Below, one piece after another: positions 11,708 through 26,993 of a stretch of 64,000 nucleotides of DNA. The stretch lies in NCBI GenBank assembly GCA_020891255.1, contig BQFW01000004.1:1364001-1428000 (forward strand). The letters are read 5' to 3'. This stretch comes from Entomortierella parvispora E1425 (lineage: Eukaryota; Fungi; Mortierellomycota). The notes under the pieces were generated by a model. The model made no database searches. It was not told where the DNA came from and was given only the letters and a program-made list of their open reading frames with translations. Made by a program: the position numbers and the translations under genes. Positions within the stretch are counted from its first letter, which is position 1. Every line of letters starts with the position of its first letter.

Positions 11708-13785
11708 ATGTCCCCTACTACCTCCTCTGATGCCGCTGACCCCCCGCGTAATTTCCACGTCTTGATCGTGGGCGCTGGTCTTGGTGGCCTCCTCATGGCC
11801 ATTCTCCTCGACAAAGCCGGTATCTCGTTCGAGCTCTTTGAGAAGGCTGAAAAGATCAAGCCCCTTGGTATCTACGAACTGCCCGTTGCATGTCGTTATT
11901 GTCAACTGGTTCACAGTCAGCTTCACAGTACTAACAATCAACCTGTTGAAAATTTTATTCAGGCGCTGCTTTATCGCTTGCGGCCAACATCCTTCCAGTC
12001 TTTGAACAGCTTGGCATACTGGAGGAGGTCATGGCGCTGTCATACCCAAGCAAGTCGATCGAGATGCTGAAAGAGGATGGAAGCAAAATCGGAGCCTTCT
12101 CATTCTTGGAGTACAAGGCCAAGTACGGCTCCTCTTTTCTGCATGCATGTCTGACAAATGCCCGCGAAAGCCTGTGTAACTGAACCAATGTTGGCTCTTT
12201 TGTTTATCCCACAGGAGTGGATACGATGTCATCTGCTTTGCGCGCGCTGCCCTTTACGACCTTATGCTATCTAAGATTCCTCCCAAGAATGTCCATATGA
12301 AGAAGAGAGTCTTGTCGGTGACACAGAGCGAGGATGGAGTTCTCATCCGCACCCAAGATGGAGGCGTTCATCATGGAGAAATCCTCATTGGTGCAGGTAC
12401 TTGACATGCTCACGCCATTGTACAAAGGCACCACGTTGAAATCGATTGCCAGCTACTGACGAGTGCAAAACATCACTTTACTCAGATGGTGCCTATAGCG
12501 CTGTTAGGACGAATCTGTATGAGATGCTTTCGAAGGAGAACAAGTTGCCCAGATCTGACGCGCAGGGCTTGGATGTTGCCTACTCTTGTCTTCTGGGTAC
12601 CACTGAACCTTTGGACCCCGAAAAGTACCCAATGCTAAAGGACAAGGAATCTCACTTTTTGCAGGTTTTGGGCAAGGACAAGCCTCACTCCTGGTATGTT
12701 ATTACCGTCCCCAACAATGTCGTCTGCTGGGCTGTCTTCATGCAGATCGGACAATCGGAGGAGGTCAAGGAGCAAATGCAGCGCAACTCCTCCTGGGATG
12801 CAGATCGGAACCAGGATATGATCAAGGAGGTTTACAACTTCTCCAACCCCATTGGGGGTGTTCTTGGCGAGTTGATCGATGCCACCGATCGCAACAATAT
12901 CTCTAAGGTCTTTTTGGAGGAAAAGCTGTTCGAAACTTGGCACGGTGGACGTACCGTTCTGATTGGCGATGGTAGGGTGATACTTGTAGCAGACAGTCGA
13001 TAGAAAGATACGAGTAATTTATATAATGACTAACTCCTCATTCTTGCTTGAAATTGACCGGGTTGCTCTAGCTATTCACAAGGTAATTGACAGTCAGTGA
13101 AGAAGTTGTTATCGACATAGGCCAATTTCCTCCAAAGTTGGCCACTCTTCTTTGAAATTTCTATTTACTTATTACTTCTTTTTTTTACACAGTTTCTCCC
13201 AGCTGGCGGACAAGGTAGGATTAATAGAGATGTTTACATGATATTACCCGATACAGATATTAATACCCCCGTCTTCTCTTCTTACAGGTGCGATGGCGGC
13301 AATGCAAGGTATTTCACGTGTAGACTCTGAGGATTCTACTTGATAAATCTTTGGTTTCCTGCTGATTTTCTAATCATTTAATTATAGATGCTGTCATTTT
13401 GGCCAACTGCCTCTATGATATGTACGAGCCCAACTACAAGAATGTTCGTGCAGCCTTTAAGGACTATAAGGCTCAGCGCGAGTCTCACGTCAAGTTTTCC
13501 ATGGAGCGCAGTGTTACAATGGGCAAGCTCATGTTTGGTCAAAAGTTCTTGGAACGCCAGATGCGCAAGCTTGTGTACAACATGCCTGTCTGGCTTCAGA
13601 GCAAAAGCTACCTCAAGATGTGCGAGTACCGCCCTCAGGTCATGTTCTTGCCACAGGCACCCAACCCTGGTAGTCTCCCTGTCTTGCCCCAAAAGCCCTG
13701 CAAGCGCTACAATCCCAAAGCTGCCTCCGAGCCTGCTACTGAGCCTGCTGTTGAAACATTAGAGACCACGACCGTCGCGGCTTGA
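11708..13785 (+). CDS. FAD-dependent monooxygenase (group A, salicylate hydroxylase-like), 8 exons, ~479 aa
   Basis: Exons 11708-11867, 11963-12122, 12215-12396, 12486-12971, 13072-13082, 13193-13214, 13288-13308, 13388-13785 sum to 1440 nt. Motifs VLIVGAGLGG, GADGAYSAVR, LIGDAIHKFLPAGGQG. Confidence 0.92.
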
Positions 13786-14034
13786 TATTACTTGTTACCC
13801 TCTACCATTTTTCCAGTTCAACGTGAACTCTTCGTCATGGGCCATCGAGGCAGCTTGCGCTCCTTTCATCATAAAAATAAAACTAATTCTCACGAAACTA
13901 GAAAACAATAAACCGAACAAGTGGCTCCTCTAGGACAGCATACAAGAGACTGAGAGAATCCCCGACTGTACTGGGTAGTTTTTGATATTCTATTGGTGAA
14001 AGGGTTCCTAAGACTACCCTTCGAGCCCGAAGGC

Positions 14035-15893
14035 TTACAGGATCTCAATACCTTCTAAGGGTATATCATGTCGGGGGGATGTGGCTCTGATACTGGACTT
14101 CTCTTCCGCTTCTTCCTCCTTGTCTTCCTCTTCTTCCCCTTCCCCTTCCCTATTGCTGTCATCCGCGGTCACGCCAATAGCATCAGGCCTCAGTTGTTGT
14201 CCTTTCTGGGCAGCTGCGGGGCTCCCTCCGATGTATAGTTTACATTTTCCGTCCGCTCGACACTCCAATCTTTCCACACGTCGAGGGCTCTTTGCCATGC
14301 CCATCCAATATGGAGTGCAACTGACATGAATTTGCGAAGCTGTTGTTCTTGGATCGCAGTGGCAGTGTTGATTGTGCTCTGGTGTTCGAGGGCAGTATAA
14401 GAGTTTGTTTAGGCCCCATCCCAGTTGCTTCAGATAAAGGGTGTCGGTGCGAGGGGCGAGTAGCGCCAATGCGACGGTAATGACGGTAGCATCAGTCCAT
14501 TTCTCGTAATAGAACAGGCCTGCCTGATCAATGAATTCAAAGAGGGTTTGGTATGCTTCCGAGCGGAAAAAGTCAACGCGACTGATCGAGTTTTCCACGG
14601 CGTAGGAGCATGTTGTACTAATAAGTGGATCAGAACATCAAGTTAGCACTTAGAACAGGGTCACTTGTTCTTCGTAAGTTCAACAGTTTCTCGCAGACCC
14701 TTACAACTCATCACCGGATTCTCTGATAACGAAAGACTCGTCATTCAGCTTTGGAATCAACTCTGGGTGGTCTTTTTTGAAATTTTGAATGGTCTCTAGT
14801 GCACTTGGAACGCCCGCGCCATAAACAGTTGTAGCTGTGGACCAAGCTAGTTATCCCAAAGAGGAGGATGGAGAAGAGTTTTAGAGGTGTTGAGTCTAGA
14901 AAACGACAACTGCCTCAAGTTGACCAACGGTCGAGCGCAACACCTAGAGGTAAGCTTACCAAACTTTTGACCACTTTCTGTCATGGTCAACATCGGGTCT
15001 TCTTGCATATCGCAAAAGATATTTACGCCAGGGTCTACCCTCCAAAAGAAATGATATGGATCCAGCAGTTCATTCTTGGCCAAGAATCCGCTGAAGAATC
15101 TCCACTGGTGTCGAATAGGCATAGAGGTCTTGTTGATGGCCTTCTTCCACATCATTCCAACATCATTCTCAATGACTTTGGGCATCTCGATCCACTTTGG
15201 AAGCCGCCATTGCTCCTTGGGAATGAGTGCAAATGTCATGGTACCCCTTGATAGGGATGAAAGCGATGTCTTGGATTGATCGCCTAGAGGCATGCCACTA
15301 AAGACAACCCAGGGGTAATTACGTCCTCGATTAAAGCGGTCTTCCATCTGTCGAATCGTTTCTCGAGCATCTTGGAGCTGACCTTCATTGATCAACATTA
15401 CAAGGACGCCATTGGCTTTGATAACTTCGTATATTGGGTCCTGTGCCTGCATTTCCCCTTGTTGCTTATTGTCGTGTAGTGGAAGCTGTTGCATTTGTGG
15501 AAGGTGCTTGCCCATTTCCAGGTGGTCGTCGTTGCGAGCCAGAAGAGCAGACTGGTCAACCTGCTCCCAATTCTCCATGTCATTGGAATCTAGGGGTTCG
15601 TGGGCTTTCAACTCTTCTCTTTGGTCACCATGGGAAAGATGAGGAGGGGTGTCATAATCGAGTATCACTCTTGCAGTGTCTAATTGCTCATAGGCTCCTT
15701 GTTGCTCTTCTTTGTGAAGTGTCGATGGTACTGGGACGATACGATCCTTCTCTTGTGTGAGAGTGCGATCGGCCTCAGGTCCAAACTGCTGAGGAACGAA
15801 TGTGATCAGGAAAAGATAACCCAAACCACAAAAGGCAGCAAAAGGTACAAATACCCGAATGATCCTGGCATACCGACTTGGAGCCCGGATCAT
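14035..15893 (-). CDS. GT15 (Kre2/Mnt1-like) alpha-1,2-mannosyltransferase-like type II membrane protein, divergent
   Basis: N-terminal TM anchor; motifs MEDRFN..NYPWVVF, IPKEQW, RFFSGF, FWRVDP, DFFRSEAY, FYYEKWTDA; three exons with GT-AG introns. Confidence 0.85.
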
Positions 15894-16299
15894 GGTGATT
15901 GGTTTTAAAAAAAAGGCCGTAGTCCTTGTGTCCCTGGATCCAGCAGTGTACTTTGTTGCAAGGGAGGAGGGTGAAGAAGTTCGACTGACTTGTCTTTCCT
16001 CTCCTTGTTCAGGAATGTGGCGGAAGATGGGGAGGTTTGAAAGAAGGAGCGGGCACAATCGCAACAAGAAGGGGGTTGATCCGCCCCCACAAAAAAAAGG
16101 GCAGCTTAAGGGCCCGACCATCCAATCGCGCGAACCGTGTCCGTCGCTTCATTGTATGTTCGCACGCATGTTTGCTCACCCCCTGAAGAAAAATGCGCCA
16201 GGACAGGCATCTTTTCAGTCTCTATACCTTCATTCCTCCTTTCTTAACCTAAATCCTTCTACTAAAGCCGACCTGCCATCCCGCTCTTTCGTTCCATCC

Positions 16300-17854
16300 A
16301 TGCCCTCAGAGAACAGTGCTGTCCCAAGCGAGACCGTCCAGGGCATGCTTCAATTCATCACTGAGATCGCCGCTGAAATTCCCTCCGGCCCCGATAGGCC
16401 ATTGATGTCCAATATGGAGGCACCAGTCGACTCCATCTTCGGGATCGAATTGACCCCACCGAATATTCTCCTTTTCAGAGCCTTGATCTTCTCATTTTTT
16501 TTCCAACCTGTCCTGTTGTATTCGACTTGGTTCCTGTTTCCAGACCTTGGCAAGAACCGAAAAAGGCTCAGCTGGACCTTGACCTTTTTCTGTGCCGTTC
16601 TTCTAGTCTCAACAGGCATTGCGGAGGTGGGCCATGTGCGGCTCACGATCTATTCATTCTTGGGATGGGATAAGATTGCAGGACCTGATGCTACTCTTTT
16701 TTCCTACTGGACCCCAACGCTGCATAAGTGGATTCTTCAGTTCCGAAGCGGCAAGGACGACCAAAATGCGATTTCAACCATTAAGCTCGTCACGACCATA
16801 ATGTCTTACAGGACCTCTGATAGCTGGGCATCGTTTCAGGACTCGATTACACTCGCATGGGAACAACTTGTTCCTCTGCTTCTGGATGCAGAGACCTGGA
16901 AGGGCCTTTTGGGATGCTGGATGCGATGGGTGGTTTCTCTTCCTATATTTTCCTTGAAACCTCTGGAGCAGCCTCAACTCTTCTCGGTAAGTCGTCCTTA
17001 TCTTCTTGGAGGAGGAGGTCGTGTTCTCTTCTCGTTGGAGTCATATCCGAGGGACAACTGGTTCATATCCATTTTGAGTGGATACTTTGTCGGATACTGT
17101 TTGGGCGATTTGGTACTTGGACTCCTCCATTACCGCAAAGAGCTTGATCCAGCCTCTGGTTGGATGCACCACACCCTTTACGTTGGTCTCGTTTTCAAGG
17201 TTGCTCAAAAGGGTCAACTCGGCATATTTTTGGCAGCAGGAGCGCTACTCGAAGGTGAGTTCTGGGTGCTCCTGAAGAAGGGCACGGATCTCAACATATG
17301 CAAGTACTTTATTCTTACTCGTTATTGACTCATGCCTTCCATTGGTCTACCTCCCTCTTCCCCCCCTTTTTTTTATCTTAGTGCCGACCATCTTCCTGGC
17401 CTCGGGCAACATGTTCCCACACCTCCGAGAAGATTTTTGGTTCCCTCTGACGTTCTTTATTTTTCGAATCGTCTTTGTCGCTGGCATGTTGCACGAGGTG
17501 ACATTCAATTACCCTATTCCGTGGGAAGGAGTATTTGTGTACTTCCTTGCCTTGTCGATCCATGTCTTTTGGTTTGTCAAGTATCTCAAGGGCCGGAAGC
17601 GTCGTGCCCTCAGAGCCCAAAAGGTCAAGCAAGAGGCCTTGGAGCGTCAAAAGGAGCAAGAGCAGGTTCAGGAACAGCAAGATCGGGGAGAGTCCATGGC
17701 TTTGATGTCGCCTTCTCTGCCTTCAGAAAAGTCCTTGACGGCCTTGGAAAACGAGATGGGGGATGTATATTCGACCGGAGTTGCTTCTTTGGCAGGCCAT
17801 GGCGGAGCCAACACCATCCAGCTGCGCCCCAAAAACTCAGTGGCACGCGCGTGA
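16300..17854 (+). CDS. TLC (TRAM/LAG1/CLN8) domain membrane protein
   Basis: join(16300..17254, 17382..17854); hydrophobic segments; GWMHHTLYV, EVPTIFL and FFIFRI motifs. Confidence 0.8.
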
Positions 17855-18772
17855 ATCCGCCTCAAAAATAAAGAGTTTTCATGTTGCTTTGTGGTGGTCT
17901 GGGAGGGTGCTCACAAAAGAACAAAAAAAAAAACTCCCCCCTCAAAAGACTTGTGCTACGTTACGACCACAAAAATGCGGTTGCCGACGACGCCATTTTT
18001 TGATGAGAGACCTGAAAAGCATCGATGTGGTTTTCCTTCGATGGACGCTTGCTTATCCCACCCCTAGAGAGAACTGACAAAAAGAGGACCAGTAGGAAGA
18101 AACGAGGGCGTTGCAAGAGGAGACAAAGAGAGCCACGCGTGTCAGGGAAGGGGCGACAGAAGAGAGCGGTATACTGCATTTGAGTGTAGCGGAGAGCAAG
18201 GCAAGCGGAAGGAAGCGGTAACAAACGAAACACCCAAGTGAGCACGACAAACGAAACGAGGACCTTGCCCCCTCCTTTTGTTTGATCTGTTCTGAAACGC
18301 AGGGTCCAGCGTACGACTTGGACGTAATTTGACAGATCGACCCAAGTGCGAGGCGACAAAAACCTGATGTGGTTTTGTTGGTCAAAGGCAGCTCACGAAA
18401 GTAGAACAGACCAGGAGGGAGCCGGGGGAGTCGAAACCGGGCGTCAAGAACGGTAACTGGGAAAAGACAAGACAATTGATTGTGAAGTTCTACAGTACCT
18501 TTGGGGGTTGCGGGACGAGGGTGATGAGTACGGAATATGGTCAGCAGCGAAGGCGTTCGTGTGTCGAAAGTTGCACCAAGGTTGGGGTTGGCCTACTTTG
18601 GTGTCCAAAACATTTCCAGGGGTCAAAGCAAAGCCCGCTCTGAGCTGTTGTAAGCTGGGTTGATGGGAAATGGGAAGCCTTTCGTTGTTCGCCCTTGCCC
18701 TGTGCTTTTTGTGCCGCACCGTGCTTACGTCGTAGAGGCGTAGACTTCGAGATCCATTCTCTTGTTCCCAAC

Positions 18773-18799
18773 TTTTTTTTTTTTTTTTTTTTTTTTTTT
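18773..18799. repeat. Poly(T) homopolymer, 27 nt (similar poly(A) runs at 7804-7820, 20007-20032 and ~43574-43593)
   Basis: Read directly from the sequence. Confidence 0.9.
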
Positions 18800-19798
18800 G
18801 CACGAGGGCACAACAGACGACCGTTGGATTCGATGGAAAGCAAAAGCAAAAGAACGACCGAGCAACGCAACGTGAGCATATCAAGGTCCCAAGACACTAA
18901 CGCTCTATCCCCCGGAAGTTATACCGTCCACTGCCATGCGGTGGTTGCCATTCCTCTCGTATGCAATAGACTCGTCAGTGAATAGCACTTTACAGCGGCA
19001 CAGCGTCAAATAAAGGATGAAAACCACTAGCTGGGCCAACTTGAAGCAAGACCCAGGGTACGTCCCATCTGTTCCTGAAAGAAAGACAAGTGAAGGGGGG
19101 TGCAGCTAGAGTCCCTCCTTTCGCGTTCCCTCCTCCCGCGGCGATGAGCAGAGAGGACGTGAGCGCACATGCATACAATGCGATTTCTCGCGTTGCCCTT
19201 TTTTGTTGTGGGCGAATGACGGTAGTGACAAGGAGGTTCGCGCCTGTTTGTGTTCAAGTTTTAGAGAGAGGACTGGAAGCACAAAGGGGAAACTGACCAC
19301 CTGCACATGAACTCACAGGCTGCAGCAACATCATCGTCATCTTTTGTCCTCAAACAGGGTCTGTTTTCTTTCGCTCCTTGCTCTCGCTAATTGCTTGTGC
19401 TGCTATCCCAAGTATTTAAGCAACGGCCCATTCCCCACTCTGCGCGTCTCCACTTTTCCTTCCTTCTCCGCCTTAGTCTTCCATCGCACCTTCCCTTACC
19501 TTTGACTGCACCCACTGCCTCGCAACGGATTTTGGACTGTTCATCTTCAACCACTCCTCATACCCTAATCTAACCGCTCGTAATTGATCTTCGTGACAAT
19601 TTTGTTTGGCTACTTTCTTGCCTCTTTCCTGCCCTCGATATTCATCGCCCACATACACCAACGCACGCCAACACCCACGCGCACGCATACCCGGTCAACC
19701 AACTATCCTCTCCTTTTAGTTCTCTTGTAAAACAGAACACCAACAACCCGATTCCTTGATCTTATCCTTGCCAAATTATATATACCTATATACCGACA

Positions 19799-22324
19799 AT
19801 GGCACCTCAACCGACAGTCCTCATCTTTGGCGGTGTTGGCTTTATTGGACGTAACTTTGTAGCTCATCTGGTTGAGAATGGTCTTGCAGGTCAGATCCGA
19901 GTTGTGGACAAGGTCCTTCCCCAAACGGCCTATCTTAACGAGCGCTTCAAGAGCGCGTTCAGCAAGGTCAACTTCATGCAAGGCGATCTCTCCAATACAA
20001 GTAAGTAAAAAAAAAAAAAAAAAAAAAAAAAAGAATCAAGAAAAAAAAACGATCATCGAGGTTAACCACTCTGTGGTCAATTCATCCTTTTTGCACTATA
20101 AGTTCCTCCAGAAAAGTTCCAAAACATCTTCAAACGCGAGGACAACTCTTCATTCGACTATGTCATCAATTTTGCATCGGAGACAAAGTTATCGCAGCCA
20201 GCAGAGGTAAAATCCTTGACCACTGTCTCTTTTGTTATCCACCGTCTTTTTTTTTTGTTTTCTCGTCTGGGCTGGATCGACGGTCCTCTTTGAGTACATA
20301 CATGTAATTGCATTTCCTGCAGGACGTGATGGGTGGGATCAGGGGCATACATACACACGAGCGAAGCGCCAATGCAAAACTGTGGGGCTTACGGGAATGT
20401 GGCGGACAAAGATCTCGTTGAACGATCAAGGAAAAAAGGGGGGAAAAGAGGGGGAGCAGAAGGGAGGGGAGGGGGATGGAAGACCGAGAGGATTAATGCA
20501 TGCGACCATGCAACCTTGAAGGGTGTGTGTATGAGAGAGAGAGAGAGAAAGAGACTGAGTTTTGTGGTTCCCAGACCTTGGTTCTGTCGGGAAGGTTTTT
20601 CTTCCCGTCGCATTGAAACGACCCATGGGCCACAAACAGACGCTGTCAAGGTGTAACCATAGGCTGCACAACAGAAGGGCAACGCAAGCCGTGCTCAAAG
20701 CTCACTTTGGAGAAAAATCGACACCGAGGGGAAGGGGGCTGCAACCCAAACAGCCTCGCTTTGTCTCCGATGCTGGGCGTTCGTTGGTCTGTGGGCTTCC
20801 TTTGTGGCATTGGACAGCAGCAGCTTTTTGCTCTTTAACGAGCCCCTTTGTGCTACCCTCGGCAAATGATTCTGATACCATCAGATGCAGGCGTTCGTCT
20901 TTGCCTTCACCCTCCCCCCTGCCCGACTGGCCGCGAATTGACAATCCTCTCCTTTGACTAGATTTACAATGACAGGATCTACAAGCTATCAATCAACTGT
21001 GCACAAGAGGCGGCCAAGAGGGGCGTCAAGGTCTTTGTTCAAGTCTCAACGGCAGATGTTTACGAGCCAACAGCTGTAAGTGACCCGCTCCCGTGATCAA
21101 CACGGACATGATGGAGTGAGCAATGGACAAATGTTTAAACGATGCGATGGTTTGCCCCTGAGCAATTAGACCCCGAGCAAGGAGGACTCAAAGACGGCTC
21201 CTTGGAATGCGCTGGCTGCAGCAAAGCTCAAGGTCGACGAAGAGTTGCTCAACATGCCAGGGTAAGTGGTCGATAGACCAAAGATGTCCGTGCCATCAAA
21301 GAGACCAACAAGTCGAGGTTCATTGACCATTGACACCATTCACTGTTCCCACCCTTCTGTAGGCTCAACGTGGTGATTGTTCGGCCTGCGGTAGTTTATG
21401 GCATTGGATCATTGACGGGATTGAGTAAGTGCCTTTCTATGTCTGCTTCTGTTTATTTCTTTCGCTTGTGCCTGCCTGAACCACATTCACGGCCCTGTGC
21501 GTGCGTGCATGTTCACAAGATTTGTGTGCCCAAACTGCCGCAACCTTCCCGTTCATTTACCCACTGACCATCCCGATCCTAGTCAGTGTCCTCTTGCTGT
21601 CCATTCATTGACCATCCTTCATTACCCCCTCCCCCTTTCGCTCCTTTCCCCCCTGAATAGCACCACGATTAATCTGCGGTCGTGTCTATCAACAGGAAAA
21701 AAAGACAATGGAATTGCTCTGGGATGGCGACCGTAAAATCAACACGGTACATGTCCATGACGTTGTCCGAGCCATCTGGCACAGTGCCAACTGGTACGTT
21801 GGGTCCGACAACCCAGACCAAGGGGGCAAGATCATCTTCAACCTTGCTGACCAGAACAAAACGGACCAGGAGGCCATCAACGCCCACATTCGTTCCATCT
21901 TTGGAATCCAAACTGAATACAAGGGCAATGGATTCTCTGCTGAAGCTGAGGTAAAGAGTAATGCTGTTCATGTTCAACAGACATGTCTTTTTTCCTCCTT
22001 CGATCTGTTGAAACTAACTCCAATGGGGCCAATCGTCTCTTCTTCATAATATAGAAGGATGACGCGGAGGACGCAGTGGAGGAGTCCAACGACCTTCACA
22101 TGGGGCCATGGTATAAACTTCTCAAGAACCAGGATATCAAGAACTCACCCTTGACTCCCTATCTTGACAAGGAATCACTCTTTATCCGGGAGCTGTCAGT
22201 GGATGGTTCAAAAATCTGCATCTCGACCGGATTCCAATACGAGCACCCAAAACTGACAGAGGCAAGTCTGCGAGAGATCATTACAGACTTTCAGACGCTC
22301 AACATTTGGCCCAAGGACCAATGA
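19799..22324 (+). CDS. NAD-dependent epimerase/dehydratase-like (extended SDR) protein, 7 exons, ~377 aa
   Basis: VLIFGGVGFIG Rossmann motif and VIVRPAVVYG. Exons 19799-20000, 20103-20206, 20962-21075, 21170-21261, 21363-21424, 21661-21950, 22055-22324 sum to 1134 nt. Confidence 0.9.
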
Positions 22325-22542
22325 GTCTGCTAGTAAAAACGGAGGACATTATCCTTACAGCAGACGGAGGGGGAAAAAGAGGGACAAAAAATACCAGAAT
22401 CCAACAGCGCCGGTTATATTGCGACCACTACACTGCAACTAAAGAAAAAAAATACACATTGAGCATCGTAGTAGAACGTGGGAATGAAAAAAAAACACAA
22501 CACTAAAGAAAACTCTCAACATGATCATTGCCCGGTTGTCAA

Positions 22543-24313
22543 CTATGGACAAGCAAGGCGTTTCGCATTTCTAAAGGACAGGTCGTTCCATTTCAACATC
22601 TCCATCAACGGCATGGTCGCAGGGTGCTGTAGCAACTTGCGCAGGAACCGCGTGATCTTTTGAGGCCAGACAAACATTCTCAGGGGCGAGGGTCCAGTCC
22701 CAGACAGGATGGATCAAAGTCATTCTCTCCATCTCTTCTAGTTCGTTGAAGCTCTCGCGCGCAATCTTACTCAGCGAATGGTTCGTTCCAAAGCGAGCAG
22801 CCATGACAGTCGGACCGATCGCCGCACAAAGCCCCATGATTTCTTGGCAGGTCCGATGCTGTTTCTCAGACTCACCGCCCTCTCGTCCAGTCTCTATGTC
22901 AGTTTCAAAAGTCATATCGTAATCCAACTCTTTGTTTTGCTAAGGAGTTATTGTAAGGAATGTTGTCGTTGGTGACGGGGATACTGTCTCTTCTGAAAAG
23001 ACTTCCTCAGTAAAGAGCAAGTTAAGTTGAAGCCGCCCCAAATGTTGGCAGCCCCAAGGCCCAGACTCTGGCAAATGCACCTCGAGCAAGAAGAGCCTCG
23101 TACACTCCGGTCAGCTGAAATCACTTCAGCCCTCGGCAATGTGTCAAAATCTGGTGTAGGTATTCAACGTTGAAATGTTGACCATATTTAATCTCCATTT
23201 TCAGGACCACCAAGGTGTTGAAGTGCTCGTGGACCTTGTTGGTCAGCGTTTGACTCCGGAAGAGCATGCAGAACCTGAGCCGGGCCAGGCTTCGTTCTCT
23301 CCTGAACAATTCAAAGCGCGCCCCCTCGGATGATGTGCTTTTTGAAGAGGCATTCAGGATCTTGGAAAGTTCTTCTTCGTCGTGGAAACTATACTTCATG
23401 GTCAGGACCTCAAGCCTTGAGCATTGATCCTGAATGTTACTTGCCAGTCGATCAACATCATAGTCTTCCTCCAAGATGATGGACAGTTTGCGGACATTCG
23501 GGCAAGCTTCGACCAAATACTAAGTCCCGTACTTTGGTCATGATTGATCCGGAATCCAAGACGAACAACACAGGACAAAACCTGGAGGGCTTCACCAAAT
23601 GCCTCAGGGAGGCACGTCGGCCCATAGCGTGACTCTGTTACCGCCACGTCGCCATCGCTTGATTGCAGATACAAATCCTCGCTGTTGATTCCATACATCG
23701 AATAGAGGCGCAGGCAGGTCAATGTTGCTGCCACAGATTGCAGGATGTTGGTGATTCGGCCGACGAAGGCGTCCCTCAATTCTTTCAGCTAGACAAACCC
23801 GCGTTTCTGGCTTGCAGCGGTCTCAGGAGGTGGCGGGATCAGGCTGTTTATATCCAGGTCCCTCAAAGAGTTGGGTCCGTGCCAATAGAGTGTCCGTAAG
23901 TTTCGATTTTGTTTGACGAGTTCATGTTGGGTGGAAAGCTGGACACCTCTCTCAAAAGCCTCGCATTGGGGAAGACTCACGTCCAGCAGGTTTGCACACT
24001 CGGTGTAAGGACCAGGGTGGGCACGACACGAAGCGAAGACTCGAAAATAAGAACAGCTTCGAGGGACGATTTCCAATGGGATCCTTTCAAAATGGTTGCC
24101 GTTTATGATCTTCCAGAGGAAGGGCTTGAAGGCAAGATACCAAAGGCGGCACACCAAGATGCATTGACGGAGAATCTCTGGCTGATACGTGTATTCGGAC
24201 AGACGATGGATCTTGGAGTTAGTGCACTTGTGGTCCAGACCCCAAGAGGGAGTGAAGCGAGCAATGCGAGACAGGATCTGCTGGACCTCCACGGGCGACC
24301 GACGAAGGGCCAT
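22543..24313 (-). pseudogene. Degenerate F-box/LRR gene
   Basis: F-box-like start (PVEVQQILSRIARF...CILVCRLWYLAFKPFLW). In-frame TAG at 23789, frameshift near 23520, TGA at 23121, and further shifts before the LRR-like tail. Confidence 0.75.
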
Positions 24314-24511
24314 CGCAATTATTGGTTGAGAGGGGAGGGGGGAGCAGGGAAGGGTGTTGAGCAAATAGAGAAACTAAGGTGGCATGGTGATGCTCCTTTT
24401 TCTTGCGGGCAACAATCACCGTCACACTTTTTTGAAAACGTGAAATGAGAAGCATGCATCCCTTTTCACATCTCTCTTGCTAATCTCATTACGATTCTCG
24501 TTAGTGTCTTT

Positions 24512-24544
24512 ACGCCTCATTTGCATGCTACACGCCTCATTTGC

Positions 24545-24556
<12 letters not shown>
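24512..24556 (+). repeat. 20-nt direct tandem repeat (acgcctcatttgcatgctac x2.25) spanning the SelO start codon
   Basis: Two perfect copies plus a 5-nt partial copy. Confidence 0.95.
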
Positions 24557-26967
<2,411 letters not shown>

Positions 26968-26993
26968 ATCTTTTACCCAATATAATTTCGCAT

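Noticed and set aside
18420-18450. tRNA T-arm-like GTTTCGACTCC (minus strand); also GGTTCGATCC at ~63909
   Set aside because: No stem pairing or cloverleaf. The second match is inside a kelch exon.
18521-18642. C/D-box snoRNA candidate (GTGATGA...CTGA); similar pattern at ~33325-33440 on the minus strand
   Set aside because: No terminal stem, and I could not recognise an rRNA-complementary guide. These short motifs are expected by chance.
20207-20961. TPP riboswitch in the long intron
   Set aside because: The conserved CTGAGA/ATACC/GATAAT core elements were not found, and the host is not a recognisable thiamine gene.
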